Assembly: GCA_976551045.1 (NCBI GenBank)
Contig: CDPCPM010000026.1
Location: forward strand, 14,074,001 to 14,138,000
Length of the DNA stretch: 64,000 nucleotides
Origin: Glaucostegus cemiculus
Lineage: Eukaryota
Direction of reading: 5' to 3'
Shown: positions 24,461 through 37,320 of the stretch, in pieces
How the letters are laid out: every line of letters starts with the position of its first letter
Numbering within the stretch: position 1 is the stretch's first letter
Translations under genes and position numbers: made by a program
Notes under the pieces: model-generated
What the model saw: the letters and a program-made list of their open reading frames with translations, nothing else
What the model was told of the DNA's origin: nothing
Database searches by the model: none

Positions 24461-27400
24461 AAAAGATCAAGACAAATTAAGTGCAGCAAAAAATGGGAAA
24501 AGAAAAATTGTTTGTGGTTTTGCACAAAAAAGGAAGTTCACACTTGCACCATTGTTTTGGCTTCAAGTTTTCAGAAAACTCTGGACAATCTGTTTCTGAG
24601 AAAAATGAATGTGTATCATGTTCATGTTCAGTTTCAGAGAGAATTGCAATGCCTGGCTACTAATAGCACGCAATAAACAGAATGAAATATTGATTTATCC
24701 TCTTCTGGTGTCCTGATTAGTAATAGCATATTACAGATAACCTATGATGTTTACATTTCATTGTATACTTGACACATGTAAAGCAGTTCTGAAATGGAAA
24801 ATGTGATTTTTTTCATGAAAACAGAAACATTCAACCAACCGGTGGCAAACAGTTTATGATATGGCTCTGTCCCTTTGCAACACAAACTACCATTCTTCAT
24901 TTTGTGGTTATTTGCCATTTCATTGTTCTGGTCCAGGGAAACACTGAGAGTTCTATTCCACTTCATACCTTGACATAAACATCATCAGTGTGTTAGGATC
25001 CAGTTCTTAGATATCCATAAGAAAGATGTGTAGAATTTATGTTATTTTCCCATGGATGCAATGCCACAGTTGCTATGATTTTTTTTGGTAGCTTTAATTT
25101 TTCGAGAGCCATTTAATGCATATTTCAGAATGCAATTTTATTTTAATTTACACTATTTTTTGTGAGCATGTGTTCTATTTCATAAGTTACATAACTGATC
25201 TTCTGGGTCATTCCCAAATGTTCCCTATGTCTTGCACCACCTCTCCCCAAATGGATAGCCTGTGATTTATTTTGCAGTTGACCACTGCAGGATTCAGAGA
25301 AGCTAACTTTACATTTTTCTCTAGAGGAAACTTTTAATCCCCATTCAACTCCTGGTCCACAAAGAACACTGTCACAAGCATACCTTTTCTCTGAACAGAA
25401 TCTCATCTCTTCACCTCTGTTTAAATCTTTCTCCACAGGGAGCACTTTGAAATACCCAATGGAAGAACTTCATATCTACTCAGGCTCTTCTTTGCTGGGA
25501 AGTCTGTAGCTCGCACCTATCCACCTTTGTCGAAAAGAGCCTGCCTATTTGGAGGAATTCGGAAATAAATCTAAACGTTTCATTACATTACAGAGGCCAA
25601 TTGTGATTCACTTTTAAATATAAAGCACTTCTAGAGATATCAATGTATTATATAGTGAATAATCCCACAGTTTTTAATTTGCTTTTTACCCCCCCCAAGC
25701 ATTTTTATATCCCTCTCATCATGTCACACTCTCACTTAAAGCAATGTTCACAATAGGGCTATACATAGCAGTCCCAAAACTTCATTGATGGAAAGCAGTT
25801 AGGGAGTTGTCAGAACAATATATATTATCAACACCAACATAGGATGGTTCTAAACAAGACAGGCTTCAAATCACTGCTGTAATGATTTGTACCCACATTG
25901 GTCTATTGGTGGACGACGGAGGTAAGAGGAGACTCTACGCAACTCTTGGTTCCCAGCTTCAGAAATGCACCCTCTGATGCTAAGTCATTGCTCCATGCAA
26001 TTAATTTTTCAACAAAGATCATGAGCAATATTTGTGAGTTGATTGGTGTGCAGTTATTCAATAGCTTTCTTTTAAATAAAAGAACGTTTTAATCTTTTCA
26101 GAATAACATTTTATAATATAACAGTGTACAGAATGGGGTTACAGGCAAAATGCTGATTGTAAATGAACAAGAAAGGAAATCATATCACAAGCCAGACAAG
26201 TTCAGATTCAAGTGCTGTTCCCTCAAAGCCAAGATATATGAATCGGGCAAAATCCCTTATATTGTTTGATTTAAGCAGGTGGTTTGAATCTATTTGCTCA
26301 CTTTTGTCTAAGGGCAAATATAAAATAGGCACTAAATTATCAGATAAATAACATCTGTTACAGAGCCAGTATAGAACAATGGAGCAGTTCAGAAACCGAA
26401 AGGAAAGCAAAAGATTCCCAAGATCTGCCATATAACAATGATACAAAAGTTGCACCAGTCAATTTTTGAATTGCTGCTGTTTCTATGGCACAGAAATCAG
26501 ATATTTATTTGTAAAGTAGTGCTAAAAACAAAAGACAATGCTGCTAACAATTCACCTAAGGATTATTACCATGCAGGGTGACATATAAACTCATTTTAAT
26601 ACTGATAAAAGTAAAATTTGAAAATTAGTAAAATGAACAATAAAGATACAATATGGAAACTATGCATTGTAGGGATACATAAAAGAGATTCAATCTGAGA
26701 AGTATCTTTCAATGTGCCTATTATATTATATTTCCTTTATTAATTAATAGAAAAAGCAAATTGAACTTTACTGTGAGTGGCTGTCACCTATACACTGGTT
26801 ATTGAAAATATTTTTTCCCTTGATGTTTAGGCCGATTGGATGCAGAAATTGACCTTGAAAGGCCTTGTCCAGTGCTGTGAACAATATTGTTCTGTGCATC
26901 ATTCAATTTGAAACTGAGGTTGTCGAAGAGACAGTTAAGCAATCATTACAAAGTAATCCTTGTGAACTTTGGGCAAGTCAAAGAAAAGTAGGACACTGCA
27001 AACCCTGGCAGGTGGACAGAGAGGAGATGGTAAACCAAGTGGAAAAGCAGCAAGGGACTGAGAGCTACTAGAAACTATATGGAAAACTTGGACTGGGGCT
27101 AGGAAGGCACCTGTGGGAAAGGCTAGCGCTATAAAAGGCATGGCAGTTTAATGCAGAAATTACATAAGAATTGCTTATATCAGTGGAAACAACGTGCAGC
27201 TTAATTTGAAGCCTGATATGTCCTTGCTGAAGATATGTTGACATTTCTGTCTTTCAAAACAACATTGTGTGCAGCAGCAGTTGGTAGGAAAGTGGCACAC
27301 TTGGCTTGTTGTAAATTTCTTGGGTACAAGATTGCAGCAGAAGCATAATTTCAGAAGTGGCAGCTTCTAGATTGGAGGAGATTTGAGGGAATTGATCCAT

Positions 27401-29149
27401 TATTAGCCTTTGCCCTTTCCCTTGATGCGGGAAGCATGCACACTCTATGCTACCTGCTTAACTCAAAGTGATCTGAGAAACATTGAAGAGTGACCTAAGG
27501 GAGAAAAGAGCAGATCCCAAAACTATCTACTGCTGTTCTGCAGGTGTGGCTGAAGAAGAGTTGTGATCTACTTGCATGGGGTTGTGAGACCCTCTGGATA
27601 ACCTCTCCAAGGACAGCAGTGGTCAGTGTCAGGGGTCAGAAAATGAAGACTTGGATGCAGTGTTGCAAAATAGTCAATGATGTCATCTATGTGGTCATGT
27701 CAGTGAATGAATGGGAGGTAAATGATGAGAGTGTGATGCTTTTTCAATAACGCACACACTCCATTAGACAACGACCAATAATCTTCATCAGTGTGGGTTT
27801 GTGTCTAATGTTCTCAGGTTCAGTGCACCCTTGTTCATTTTTCCCTGTAGTAAGCCTCACACCTGCATCTCACAGCTTGTGCATACTGCCATTCAACCAT
27901 GGCTGTAAGCTCACCTAAAAGTGTTGCATTGCAATGACTGACGCACTTCATCCCTGTTGTATAATAGGACCAAATGGTTACATGATTTTAGCTGCAAAGA
28001 GGAGACGGTGCTCATCACTGGTATGTCTGTTGCTGGGGTAATCACTGGCAGGACTGAAATGGTAGAAGATGTCAGCATCTCCATATCTAATCCTCCTTAT
28101 ATCTCATGCCCCTTTATCATGCATTCTCTTCTGATTTAAAAGTTGTAGATTGTGTAAGCTTGCCTCTCTACTTTTTCCCATCAGCTTTCACTATAACATG
28201 CCCATGTGCTTCCCTCCTCTCAGGTAGCCAATTACTGTAAGCTGGCCAGACAATAGTAGAAGTGTCAGCAGGTCTATAATAAAAGCCACTCTAAAACTCT
28301 ATGTACCATTTGTAGTGCCAGCTGTAACACTGATGCTGTGTGTACTCTATCTCAGAGGCATGACTTGCAAATGGCAAAACATTGGGCAAGAGTAGCCTGG
28401 AGCCAGGACAGGGGAAAAGGGTAGTTTTCCCTTGCTGTTGAACTCCAGAAGATCAAGGCCAAAAATAAGTCTCATTGCAGAAGCCTGTCAGAATGTCTGC
28501 ATGCAACCTCAGTGTGTGTTGAGGAGTCTGGTAAAAAAATTTGAACACAAGATGGATTGTGGACACCATAATGAGTGCACTTATGGATGCACTGATAATG
28601 TACAGCTTCATGGCTGATTCTAGTTGCCATTATAGTTCAGGCAGGATGGTACTGCACTGAAAGCTCAGAGTTATGCCGCAAAATCTCAATATTCTGCCAT
28701 CCTATTCCGTAATCAAGGATCTTGCAGGATGTAAAAACACTCCATCAATCTGCCCTCCAACAGGTTGCTGAGATTACTCAGGGGACCTGTGACCTCAGGC
28801 GGGGGGTAGTGGGGGTGTTGGAATATTATTGCCTCCATGAGTGTCACCTTCTAGGTCACCTGCCAACAACATTCCTCTGGCCACACAGCAACACTGGGAT
28901 AGAATTGCATTTAAGCACAGATTGGCAAAGGTTCATCAAAGACAAGCACTGAGGAATGTACAGTCACGCTTAGTTGCTGAATCTGTGAAATATGATGTGC
29001 TTTCAATTGTAATTATTTTGTAATTTATTTTATGTTGCATTTATTTTTGCCAAGTGATGAAGGAAGATAAGACTTAGGTCCATTTTGAATGGAGAATTGC
29101 TGCATTTTTTGGTATTGCTCTTGAATGAATTTAGCACAACCAATCCAGC

Positions 29150-29760
29150 CAGAAGGTGCCTGGACCCTCTCTTCCCCTTGCTCTCCTTCTATTCCACTTT
29201 CTTGCACTGCTACTGTCCTCCCTCCTCCTGCTCCATTGCTTCTTATGGTATCAGTGATGGCAAGTGCTGGGTTCTTTGCAAGGTAAGATTGTGAAATGTA
29301 GAGCAGATCTCCAAGGATCTTGGCACCTGCTCCACTGTGTGCAGCAGGTCTCCTCCAGAGTGGTCCAGGCAGCAGAACTGGTTCAACATGCCAAAGTTTT
29401 CCTCTATTATATTACATTGGCAGATTGGCATTTCTTGCCCACTTGTTGCACAGGATGCTCACTTATGTGTGGGTTGTCATGATTTACATTGTTTATGCTG
29501 GTTTTAGTTGTCTTGTATCCATTCCTTGGCTTGTCATACTGGCTCAAATGCAGATAGCAGAGTAGACTGCTGCCAGGGTACTGGGCACTGATATGCATAA
29601 AGTGCTGCCTGTGGTAACACATTAGTTTATGTCAAGGGAGTGGATTCCATTTCTGTCACAGTACATCTCAGAGTTGACAGGCAGTACCTGCAAAGTGCAC
29701 TCAATGGCTCTCTGCATCACAGAGATGCCTGCAGTCCTTGGGAAGTTCAATGCTCATTTG
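29150..29760 (-). mobile_element. PIF/Harbinger transposase relic (element may span ~27200-30660)
   Basis: Minus ORFs give CYHRQHFMHISAQYPGS and CNIIEENFGMLNQFCCLDHSGGDLLH...CSTFHNLTLQR, matching Harbinger/HARBI1 motifs ARFPGSxHD and IERTFGxLKxRFRCLDxSGG...CxxLHN. Confidence 0.75.
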
Positions 29761-31002
29761 CCTGCTGCTCTCTGGTAACAGAAAATGAAATGTACTTGAG
29801 TATTTTGGAATAAAAGGTGATAGCAAGCTTAAATAACAGTGGATAACAATGCAAATAATTTCTGCTCCAGCTTAAATGAGCACATCACATTAATTCTTAT
29901 GGCCTTGCCTTGAGAATGCACTTGTGGCAGTTATCAGCGAGGATATCCTTACTGAAACAAAGAGGTCTCCCTTATTCTTTGCTTCAGTAAGGATGTAATC
30001 AATGATAACTGCCACACCTGCATTCTCTCAAGTCTCCCACACTACTCCTTTGTGAAGCTCAAGTAGGCCAAATGTTCCCAAATACTGTGGACGAATATTC
30101 TCCTCCTTCCAACATCTTGTCCTTGCTCCACATACCCTATACTTATTCTGCCCGTCACCTACGAGGGGAATGCCAATTAATACAGCCACATCTGGGAACA
30201 ACTGGTTGGAATTTGAAGTACCTAAGCATCTGTTGCAACACTTTCTTCTGGCATAAGCACCAAAAGCTGCAAAAACTTTTAGAATCATAGTAAATATACA
30301 GAAATCCATCAGCAATGACATGAAAGTAGTTGACAACCTTTTTAAAAAGCATCGGTGCAAATTCCTTTCAGCTGCTAAATGCATGTGTAGGTATCTGAAT
30401 TAAGAGAGAATATTAACTGTCTAGCTGAGCTCCAAAGTGACATGGCTAATGAGAATCAGCAATATGTGCTCAATAATGTTATAAGTTGCCTATCTGGCAT
30501 ACTTGCAGTCTTAATTCCGTGCATTGCCACTAATGTGACATCAGTACCATTCACTCCACAATGGTAAGCAGTAATGGAGCTAATTTGGCACCTCTGGCAC
30601 TCAAAAAATGCTTGCTAGCTAACCATATTTTGCAGTTGAAGTCAGATTGCCAGAAACACTGTGAATGATTCAATGAAATATTTCAAAGTTATATCACAAG
30701 TGGTTAATAAATTATTAACAGATGAACCCAGAATATTAATTCGAGATAAGTCTGGTTAGTGGCACTGAAGGATGTAAACTGAAATGAAGGAATGAATAGG
30801 AAATTTAAAATACATATTAGTGCAGATAAAATGTATTCCTGACAGTGACAAATCATTTAAAATAGTTTACCATGTGAATTATTAGAATCAGTTACTTGTG
30901 TTTGAAATTCAGCTGGATCAATGAAGCAGTAGTACAAGGGGAGCAAACCTTGGTGACCTGATTGCTCTTTTCCCATTTTTGAGATTTGTTATGCTTCTTC
31001 AA

Positions 31003-31315
31003 AATCAGAATCAGCTTTATTGTCACTACCATATACACATACAGTATGCATAGGAGCGAAATACCGTACTCCACAGGTCAAGGTGCACATCACATTAAAA
31101 AAAGAGAAACAAACACTGAGAGACACAAAGACAGAGAGACACTAAAAACATTAGAACCACAAAATTAAATTATACAACTTAAATAAATAATCTTAAAGTG
31201 AGCGTACTGGCAGTGACATTTAAAGTGCTGGTGAGTTTCTGTACACCTAGCATCCTTTAGTGTTGGTGGGAGTGATGGAGGGATGAGGGAGTTCACAGTT
31301 CTAATAGCTTGTGTT
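31003..31315 (-). mobile_element. LINE 3' UTR (Rex1/L2-type), same family as 17310-17595
   Basis: AATCAGAATCAGCTTTATTGTCAC tail in reverse; shared internal sequence. Confidence 0.7.
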
Positions 31316-31843
31316 CTTTAGAGACTAATCTATACTTTATGATCACTTTGTTTATTGCATGGTACCTTTCAATTATTTTATCTTCAAATATTTTACTTTC
31401 GAGGTGTCATAGTCCTTCTAAACAGGGGAAAGTTTGGGTGAGGGGAGTATTTGATATTGCTCCCAAACGAATATTAATTTAGCAACTGTTGATTTACTTT
31501 CAGCTTTTGCTGTGAGTCGTACGAGAACAGCTTCCTTGTGCAGTCCCACATTAAGCCTAAATAATGCACAGAATCAGGCATGCTGCTGATACAGCTGTTT
31601 CCATTTTTTCTATTAGTCATTTAAATGAAATATGCCATCTGCTGCTAAAAGATGATGATGGTAGAAACTAAAGAATTTTGTGAAAAAAATAAGCAAACGT
31701 GAGTTGTCAGCATTCTGTCAGCTTCCAATATGAAAGAGAAAGATGTGCTATTGACAAGACTGACTTAATGTTGTGTTAGCAAAATCAGTGGAGAAACTTC
31801 TAACGCTTGTTGTAATGATGGTGATAATTTGTATGCATTGTAG

Positions 31844-31996
31844 ATGTAGGAGAGGAATTGGGAAGGCCTGCAGGAATACAACAGCCTTCTTTACTGAGGG
31901 ACCGTGCCCATGGATCAGCCACCCGGGATTGCCCCTACTGCGGCAAATCGTTCAGAACTTCCCATCACCTGAAGGTCCACCTGCGAATACATACAG
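31844..31996 (+). CDS. ZNF536: ZNF536 internal coding exon (153 bp, phase 1-1) with one C2H2 zinc finger
   Basis: TTGTAG acceptor ends at 31843 and CAG|GTCAGT donor starts at 31997. Translates (D)[50 protein letters not shown](G), which I recognise as ZNF536. Joins the 53668 exon in frame to form the HTGEKPY linker. Confidence 0.95.
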
Positions 31997-32854
31997 GTCA
32001 GTGAGCACTCCTGAAATTCCCCACATGGATTAGTTCTAAATGGCTTTTCTGATATCTGTCTGTTTGAAGCATCACATTGCTTCTCATTAAATGTTTGCCA
32101 GGTAGCCAAAGTATCTGCCAAATCTAATATAGATTTTGCTGTTGTTAACATTAATTTAAAACCAAATAGAGCCTTTATATGGTGAAAACAGTTCACTTTC
32201 TCATATCCTGTTTGCCAGTGGTAGTTATAATTATAACCATAATAGAGCCCTGGGTTATGGGAACACATAACATCAATGACTGTGATAAGCAGAATCGCAA
32301 GGAGCCATACTGATTCATTGAAGATTCAATTCTAGTGAATCTTGCAGTGATTATGTAAAAAGTGCAATTATTTTGTGTCAATATCACCATAAATTAGGCA
32401 AATTGAGTGGCTGGTCATCAAGGTTAGCTGTGACACCTGTTATCAAGAAACACATTTCTGCTTTTCACAAACAGCTGAAAAATGGGTCAAACATAATCTT
32501 ATTCTGTAAAATGCAAGTTTCTATACCGGCACATAATATGCCTTTTACATGTATACAGTTGCTGTTTATTTTGTTCCATTTAAACAGTTGGCTTATTGTC
32601 CTGCACTGCCTTACTTTTGCAGCTCCAGCTCTTCAAACTATACTTCAGTTTGTTTCTCATAATACCTATGTTTGCTATTTAGCTACAAATAATGTTAATT
32701 TCATACAAAATAAGGATGGGATGCAAGTCTATCAGATGGTTCTGAAAGAGTTTTCTGTCTATATTATATCTGTGCCTCATCTTTTATCCCACTTCACCCT
32801 AGGATTACAGTTGGTTTTATCTCTTCATGTGCAACACTGTGGAAGATTGATAAA

Positions 32855-33240
32855 TTACCAACATTGCAGCCTCAGGATGTCCCATAGTGTTCTATAAGTG
32901 CTGAAGAGCTTTTTAAATGTGTAGTCACTGCTATAAAGTAGAACATGCAGTAACCAACATGTGCACAACATGAAGTCTCACCCATAACAATATGGTAATG
33001 ACAAGATATTATGTTTTAGTGGTGCTGGTATAAATGTTGGCTGCAACGTCAAGGAAGACTAACCTGCTCTTCTTTACATGGTGCTGTGCTAGCTTTCAAG
33101 TTCATCTGAGTTTAACACCTCCTTTGAAAGATGGGACTTCCTCAGTATGGCCTTGGTTGCTGGCTCACATTTTGCACTATAATCTCTGGAGTGGATGTTG
33201 AACCCACTAGCCTAGTACTCAGAGACGCCACCACATTCTT
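32855..33240 (-). mobile_element. Deu-domain-type SINE
   Basis: CTCAGGATGTCCCA...AGTCACTG...TCTCTGGAGTGG...TTGAACCCAC...ACTCAGAG, reverse of 42420-42840. Confidence 0.65.
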
Positions 33241-33989
33241 GCTTGCTGATACCAGGCAGTGTGACCAGTTGAACTAGAAAGCACCAATTTTCATGGGGAT
33301 GAGAGGGATGTGAATTATTATATACGCCTCTGGTATCTAAACAGCTAGGAAATCTAACCAACTGCTTTACCAATCCTACCATTGTTTCTTTACTGCTCTG
33401 TAAGGGGATTTCATATCACAAAATACACGTTGTTCTTTTCTTTTGGACTTGAGGCCAATCATTTCCAAAGCCGTTCCTAATCTGCAAATTTCCGTCTAGA
33501 TACATGGACCATCAGCCCTAGCCTGAGCTGGGGAAATAGTTGGCAATAATTGGCTTCACCCTCTTGACATCCATGACCATATGCAGGATAGGTAGAGGTT
33601 CCAAGAATTACAAGCTTCTTCAACAGTATGAGGTGATATAAACAGTCCTATACCTTTGTCCTGCTGAGTTTTACCAGACTTCCAATGGAGTTATGACCAA
33701 AGGAACACCCAAGGAAATTAAGGGCACATTTCCACTGAATGTAATAAGCTTCCCTGACATGCTGCATGTTATCTATATTCTTACTATCGACACATAAAAT
33801 TCTAAATGTTTACAGTTTGGCTAAGCATTCCAGTTTGGGCTGTTGTCTTTCCCAAACTCTGACCCCTTCCTTCCTTACTTCCTCCTGGATCTGTAACTTC
33901 CATCAGCTCCAGAAATAATTCTCATGTATGTTGCACCTTTAATGTAGCAAGATGACCTAGTGGATTTCTTAGGGCCATTACTTATTTGA

Positions 33990-34630
33990 CGTTGTGTCAC
34001 ATGAGGAGCTTTGGGACAGATGACCAAAAACATGGACAAAGAGATGGTCTTCAGGATTGAGTTTAACAGGAAAACAGAAAGAGAACCAGAGAGAATTAAG
34101 GATGCAATTCCAATCCTTAAGACCAAGGCAACTGAAGTAAATGCCATCAATGACAAATCAATCATTTTTGAGGGTGCACAAGGCACTAAAATTGTAAAAG
34201 GATTGATAACTCAGGGTTGTTTGGCTGATCGAGATTAGGGAGATGGGGAGGTCAAGGTTATGAAGGGATTTGAAAATAATCAGGAGCCAATGTAAATCAG
34301 TGAACACAAGAGTTCAAATAGGGCAAGGTGCAAGTTGTGAGATGAGCAATAGGGCTTTAGATGATCTTAGGGTTATAGAGAAGGTGGGTGGCCAGCAATA
34401 AATGCAATGGAATTGTCAAGTTTAAAGGAAACAAAATCATTGATGAAATCATGTGGTTGAGCTGAGTCAGAGTGAGGTTGCAGAATGTCACAAAGGAGCA
34501 TTACTACTGATGACATGGCAATGTGGTCAGAAGGCTGCCTTGGTCAGATATAATAGCCAGGTTGCCAAGTATCGTCCAACTTCAGACTTCCAACTTCAGG
34601 TTGCCAGTGATTTGGCTGGAGTGTCTAGAG
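33990..34630 (-). mobile_element. L2 LINE fragment
   Basis: Purine-rich reverse L2 pattern GAAGGGATTTGAAAA...GGAGCCAATGTAAATCAG...GGAATTGTCAAGTTT. Confidence 0.6.
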
Positions 34631-36692
34631 CATAGGTTTTGTGACCATGACTCTTATGGCCTGCTTGCCACCAGGACCAACCCAATCTTTTCTCTGTTTC
34701 TCTCCGGCCCTTCAGCACTCCTCTAGCACTTGGCCAGGACCTGCTGGCTCTCCTCATATCTGTCAGGATTATCGCCCATGTGCACACTGCCTCCACGTTT
34801 CCTCCATGATTTTCACTGGTGCAACAGCTTCTGAGTGTGCTGGGTCACTTTTGGTTGGAAAGAAAAGTATAGAGTAAGCAGGAAAGAAGAATGCTGCTAT
34901 GAGGGAAGTGAGTGGTGGGAGGAGGTGGGGTGGTGGGGGGAGGCTGGAGAGCAGAGGCAAAACCTGGTTGGGTGGATAGTTTTACTGGGAAGAAGCTGAA
35001 GATTTCTGAGTTCTTGCCAAAATGGAAGAAAAGAAAATAACATCCAGAGCTGCCTAAGATCAATTAGCCCAATACATTTAATACTAGAGAATAGAATTCA
35101 CTCAATAAAGAAATGCAATGTTAAATTTTATCTTATGGGGCAGAGATGTGCATGCATCTGTAACCTTAGATTTTATTTTATTTGAATGATGAAGTGTACA
35201 GCCTGGTGAGATGCTGCACACTCGACTTGGCTAGTCCATGGCTAAACATCTATTGTGCTTACTGCCCTACATGCACTGCATTAACTGATGTTGCCCAGAA
35301 ATAGAACAATCATCATCAAGCACAGGGCAGAGGGCAGAAGAACCAGCTACCATTCCTCCTCTCCATCATCAGCCAATAACTACTATTTGAAAGTGAATGT
35401 GCATAGATGCCAAGTGTGGACCCACACAAAATTAGCTATGCTGCCACAAAGATAAATAGGCCACTTCTCTGCTCACAGTTTAGGCTCATACATGATGAAT
35501 GGTCACTTGGATGAGGTTCTAAGGGTTGGTGGTGCCGAGGGAAACCAGCAGCAGCTTTAATTAAATGTGTCAGTAACCTGGTACTTTTAAGAGTGGTCTC
35601 AATTAATGAACGAGGAGGAAATGAGTGTCAGGGTATGTTGAAAGAGTGACAGGAAGAGGCTCGTGTGAAACAGAAATGAGTGTAAACCAGGTGGGCTGAA
35701 TGGCCTGATTATGCGCTGTAAATTCTTTGTAATGTTTTATGCAGATGTAATAATAAGAAATGTGCATGAGCCGTAAAAAGTCAATTCAATGTTTTTATGG
35801 GATGGAGACTTAAGTTCAGATGGCCTGTGTTCAAGTGGGGATTTCGATAAACAACTCACTTTCAGAGACCAGATATACCAACTACTGGTTTGTCGTTTAA
35901 CTATGTGCATCACGGGGGCAGCAATGGCCATTGCATCTGTTTTTAGATCTAGACTGAGTTAGCTATAAACACCACCTACTGTAGATTGCAGTGGAGTGAT
36001 CAGTGAGATTAAGAACTGCTCAATGCTGTCTTCAGCCTACTTCATTTTTATTTATTTTTGAAAATGGCTGGATTCTTCTTCATGGAGCAGGATCCCAGCC
36101 GTGTCAAATAATGATAACTGAGCGGCTGATAACTGAGTGACTGATTTTTATTACTGGGCCAGATGTCCTTCTATTAGTGTTCTGATGCGGCTGGTATCAA
36201 TTTTTTCAAGCATTAAACACTTTGAATATTGCAGATGGTAAATTTAAATTAAAGCCTTAGAGCTCTGATTGGAAAAAGTGCTGGGACAGCCTAGTTTATT
36301 TCAACAAGTGCCAATATTCTACATTCAGTCATTTATCCATTCCTGGGAATACCAGTCTCAACATTGAGATTTCCTCAACACTGAATTCCACTGTCTCACC
36401 CCTTTCCCACCTACAGTTTCTTCCTCCTATCTCCAATGGTGGTAAAGCCATCCCTATGGACTTCTTAAGAGTTATCATCACCACTTCATGTTGACATGTT
36501 TACTGCAGACAATCAGAATAAATAGAGAGCTCCCCCTCATGAACTGTTTGCATCATTCTACAAGCCAAAAGTTGTGATGTTCTCCAGAAGATATTGTGCT
36601 TCAGGTAGTGACTGAGGACTGTCATTCTATAAGAAACTTATAATTAAGTATTGTCAACTTATTGCTATTAAATAATTTTGATAGGTACATTA

Positions 36693-37320
36693 TTTTTACA
36701 TAATGTACATTTCATTCATAAAGCATTACACACAAGATTTTATCCATTTAATAGCAATGTTGTTACCTAAACCAAACTCTAAGTTGACTGTATGATATAT
36801 GCCTTCAGGGAAAATAGTGTACAGCAGTCAGCAACACTTCTATGGACTTGCTAGAGTTTAATTGAAACTACAGTTTTCTTCTTCAGGGTATATCCAAAAC
36901 ATTGTGTTTCCAAGCAGCCATGCCCAGCAGCTCCAAGATTGATTATCAAAGCATTGGGGTCCTATTTCGAGAGACAGAGTTCAAATCCCAGTGTTCATTG
37001 CCATTTGAACTGTTAGCATTGGCAATGAACACTGGGATCTGAACCTTGTCTCTCGAAATAGGACCCCAATGCTTTGCTAATCAATCTAGGAGCTTCTGGG
37101 CATGGCTGCTTGGAAACAGGACACTTTACATATACCCTAAAGAAGAAAACTGAGGTTTCAATTAAATTCCAGCAAGTCTGTAGAAACGTTGTCATCTAAT
37201 GTTCACTCTAGAGGTTTCCACATAGAGTGAAATAAGAATTTTGTTTGTTGCACTAACATTTGCAAATAACTAAATTGTGGTGTCTAATGCTTTATGAATG
37301 AAAACTATATAATGTTAAAA
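36693..37320. repeat. Long imperfect palindrome: core arms 36832-37003 and 37020-37191, 16-nt loop
   Basis: Hand alignment gives 172 ungapped positions with 22 mismatches. Outer arms also pair (TTTCATTCATAAAGCATTACACA at 36710 with TGTCTAATGCTTTATGAATGAAA at 37281). Confidence 0.95.

Noticed and set aside
31773-32033. 86-aa ORF over the small exon
   Set aside because: Wrong frame; the zinc-finger sequence is in another + frame bounded by splice sites.
32373-32897. 174-aa ORF
   Set aside because: No recognisable domain, non-ATG start, low-information composition, and its end runs into a SINE; likely a chance intronic ORF.
36832-37191. Assembly artefact or miRNA precursor as explanation of the palindrome
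   Set aside because: 22 mismatches between arms argue against a read-level fold-back artefact; the stem is much longer than a typical pre-miRNA and I recognise no mature miRNA.
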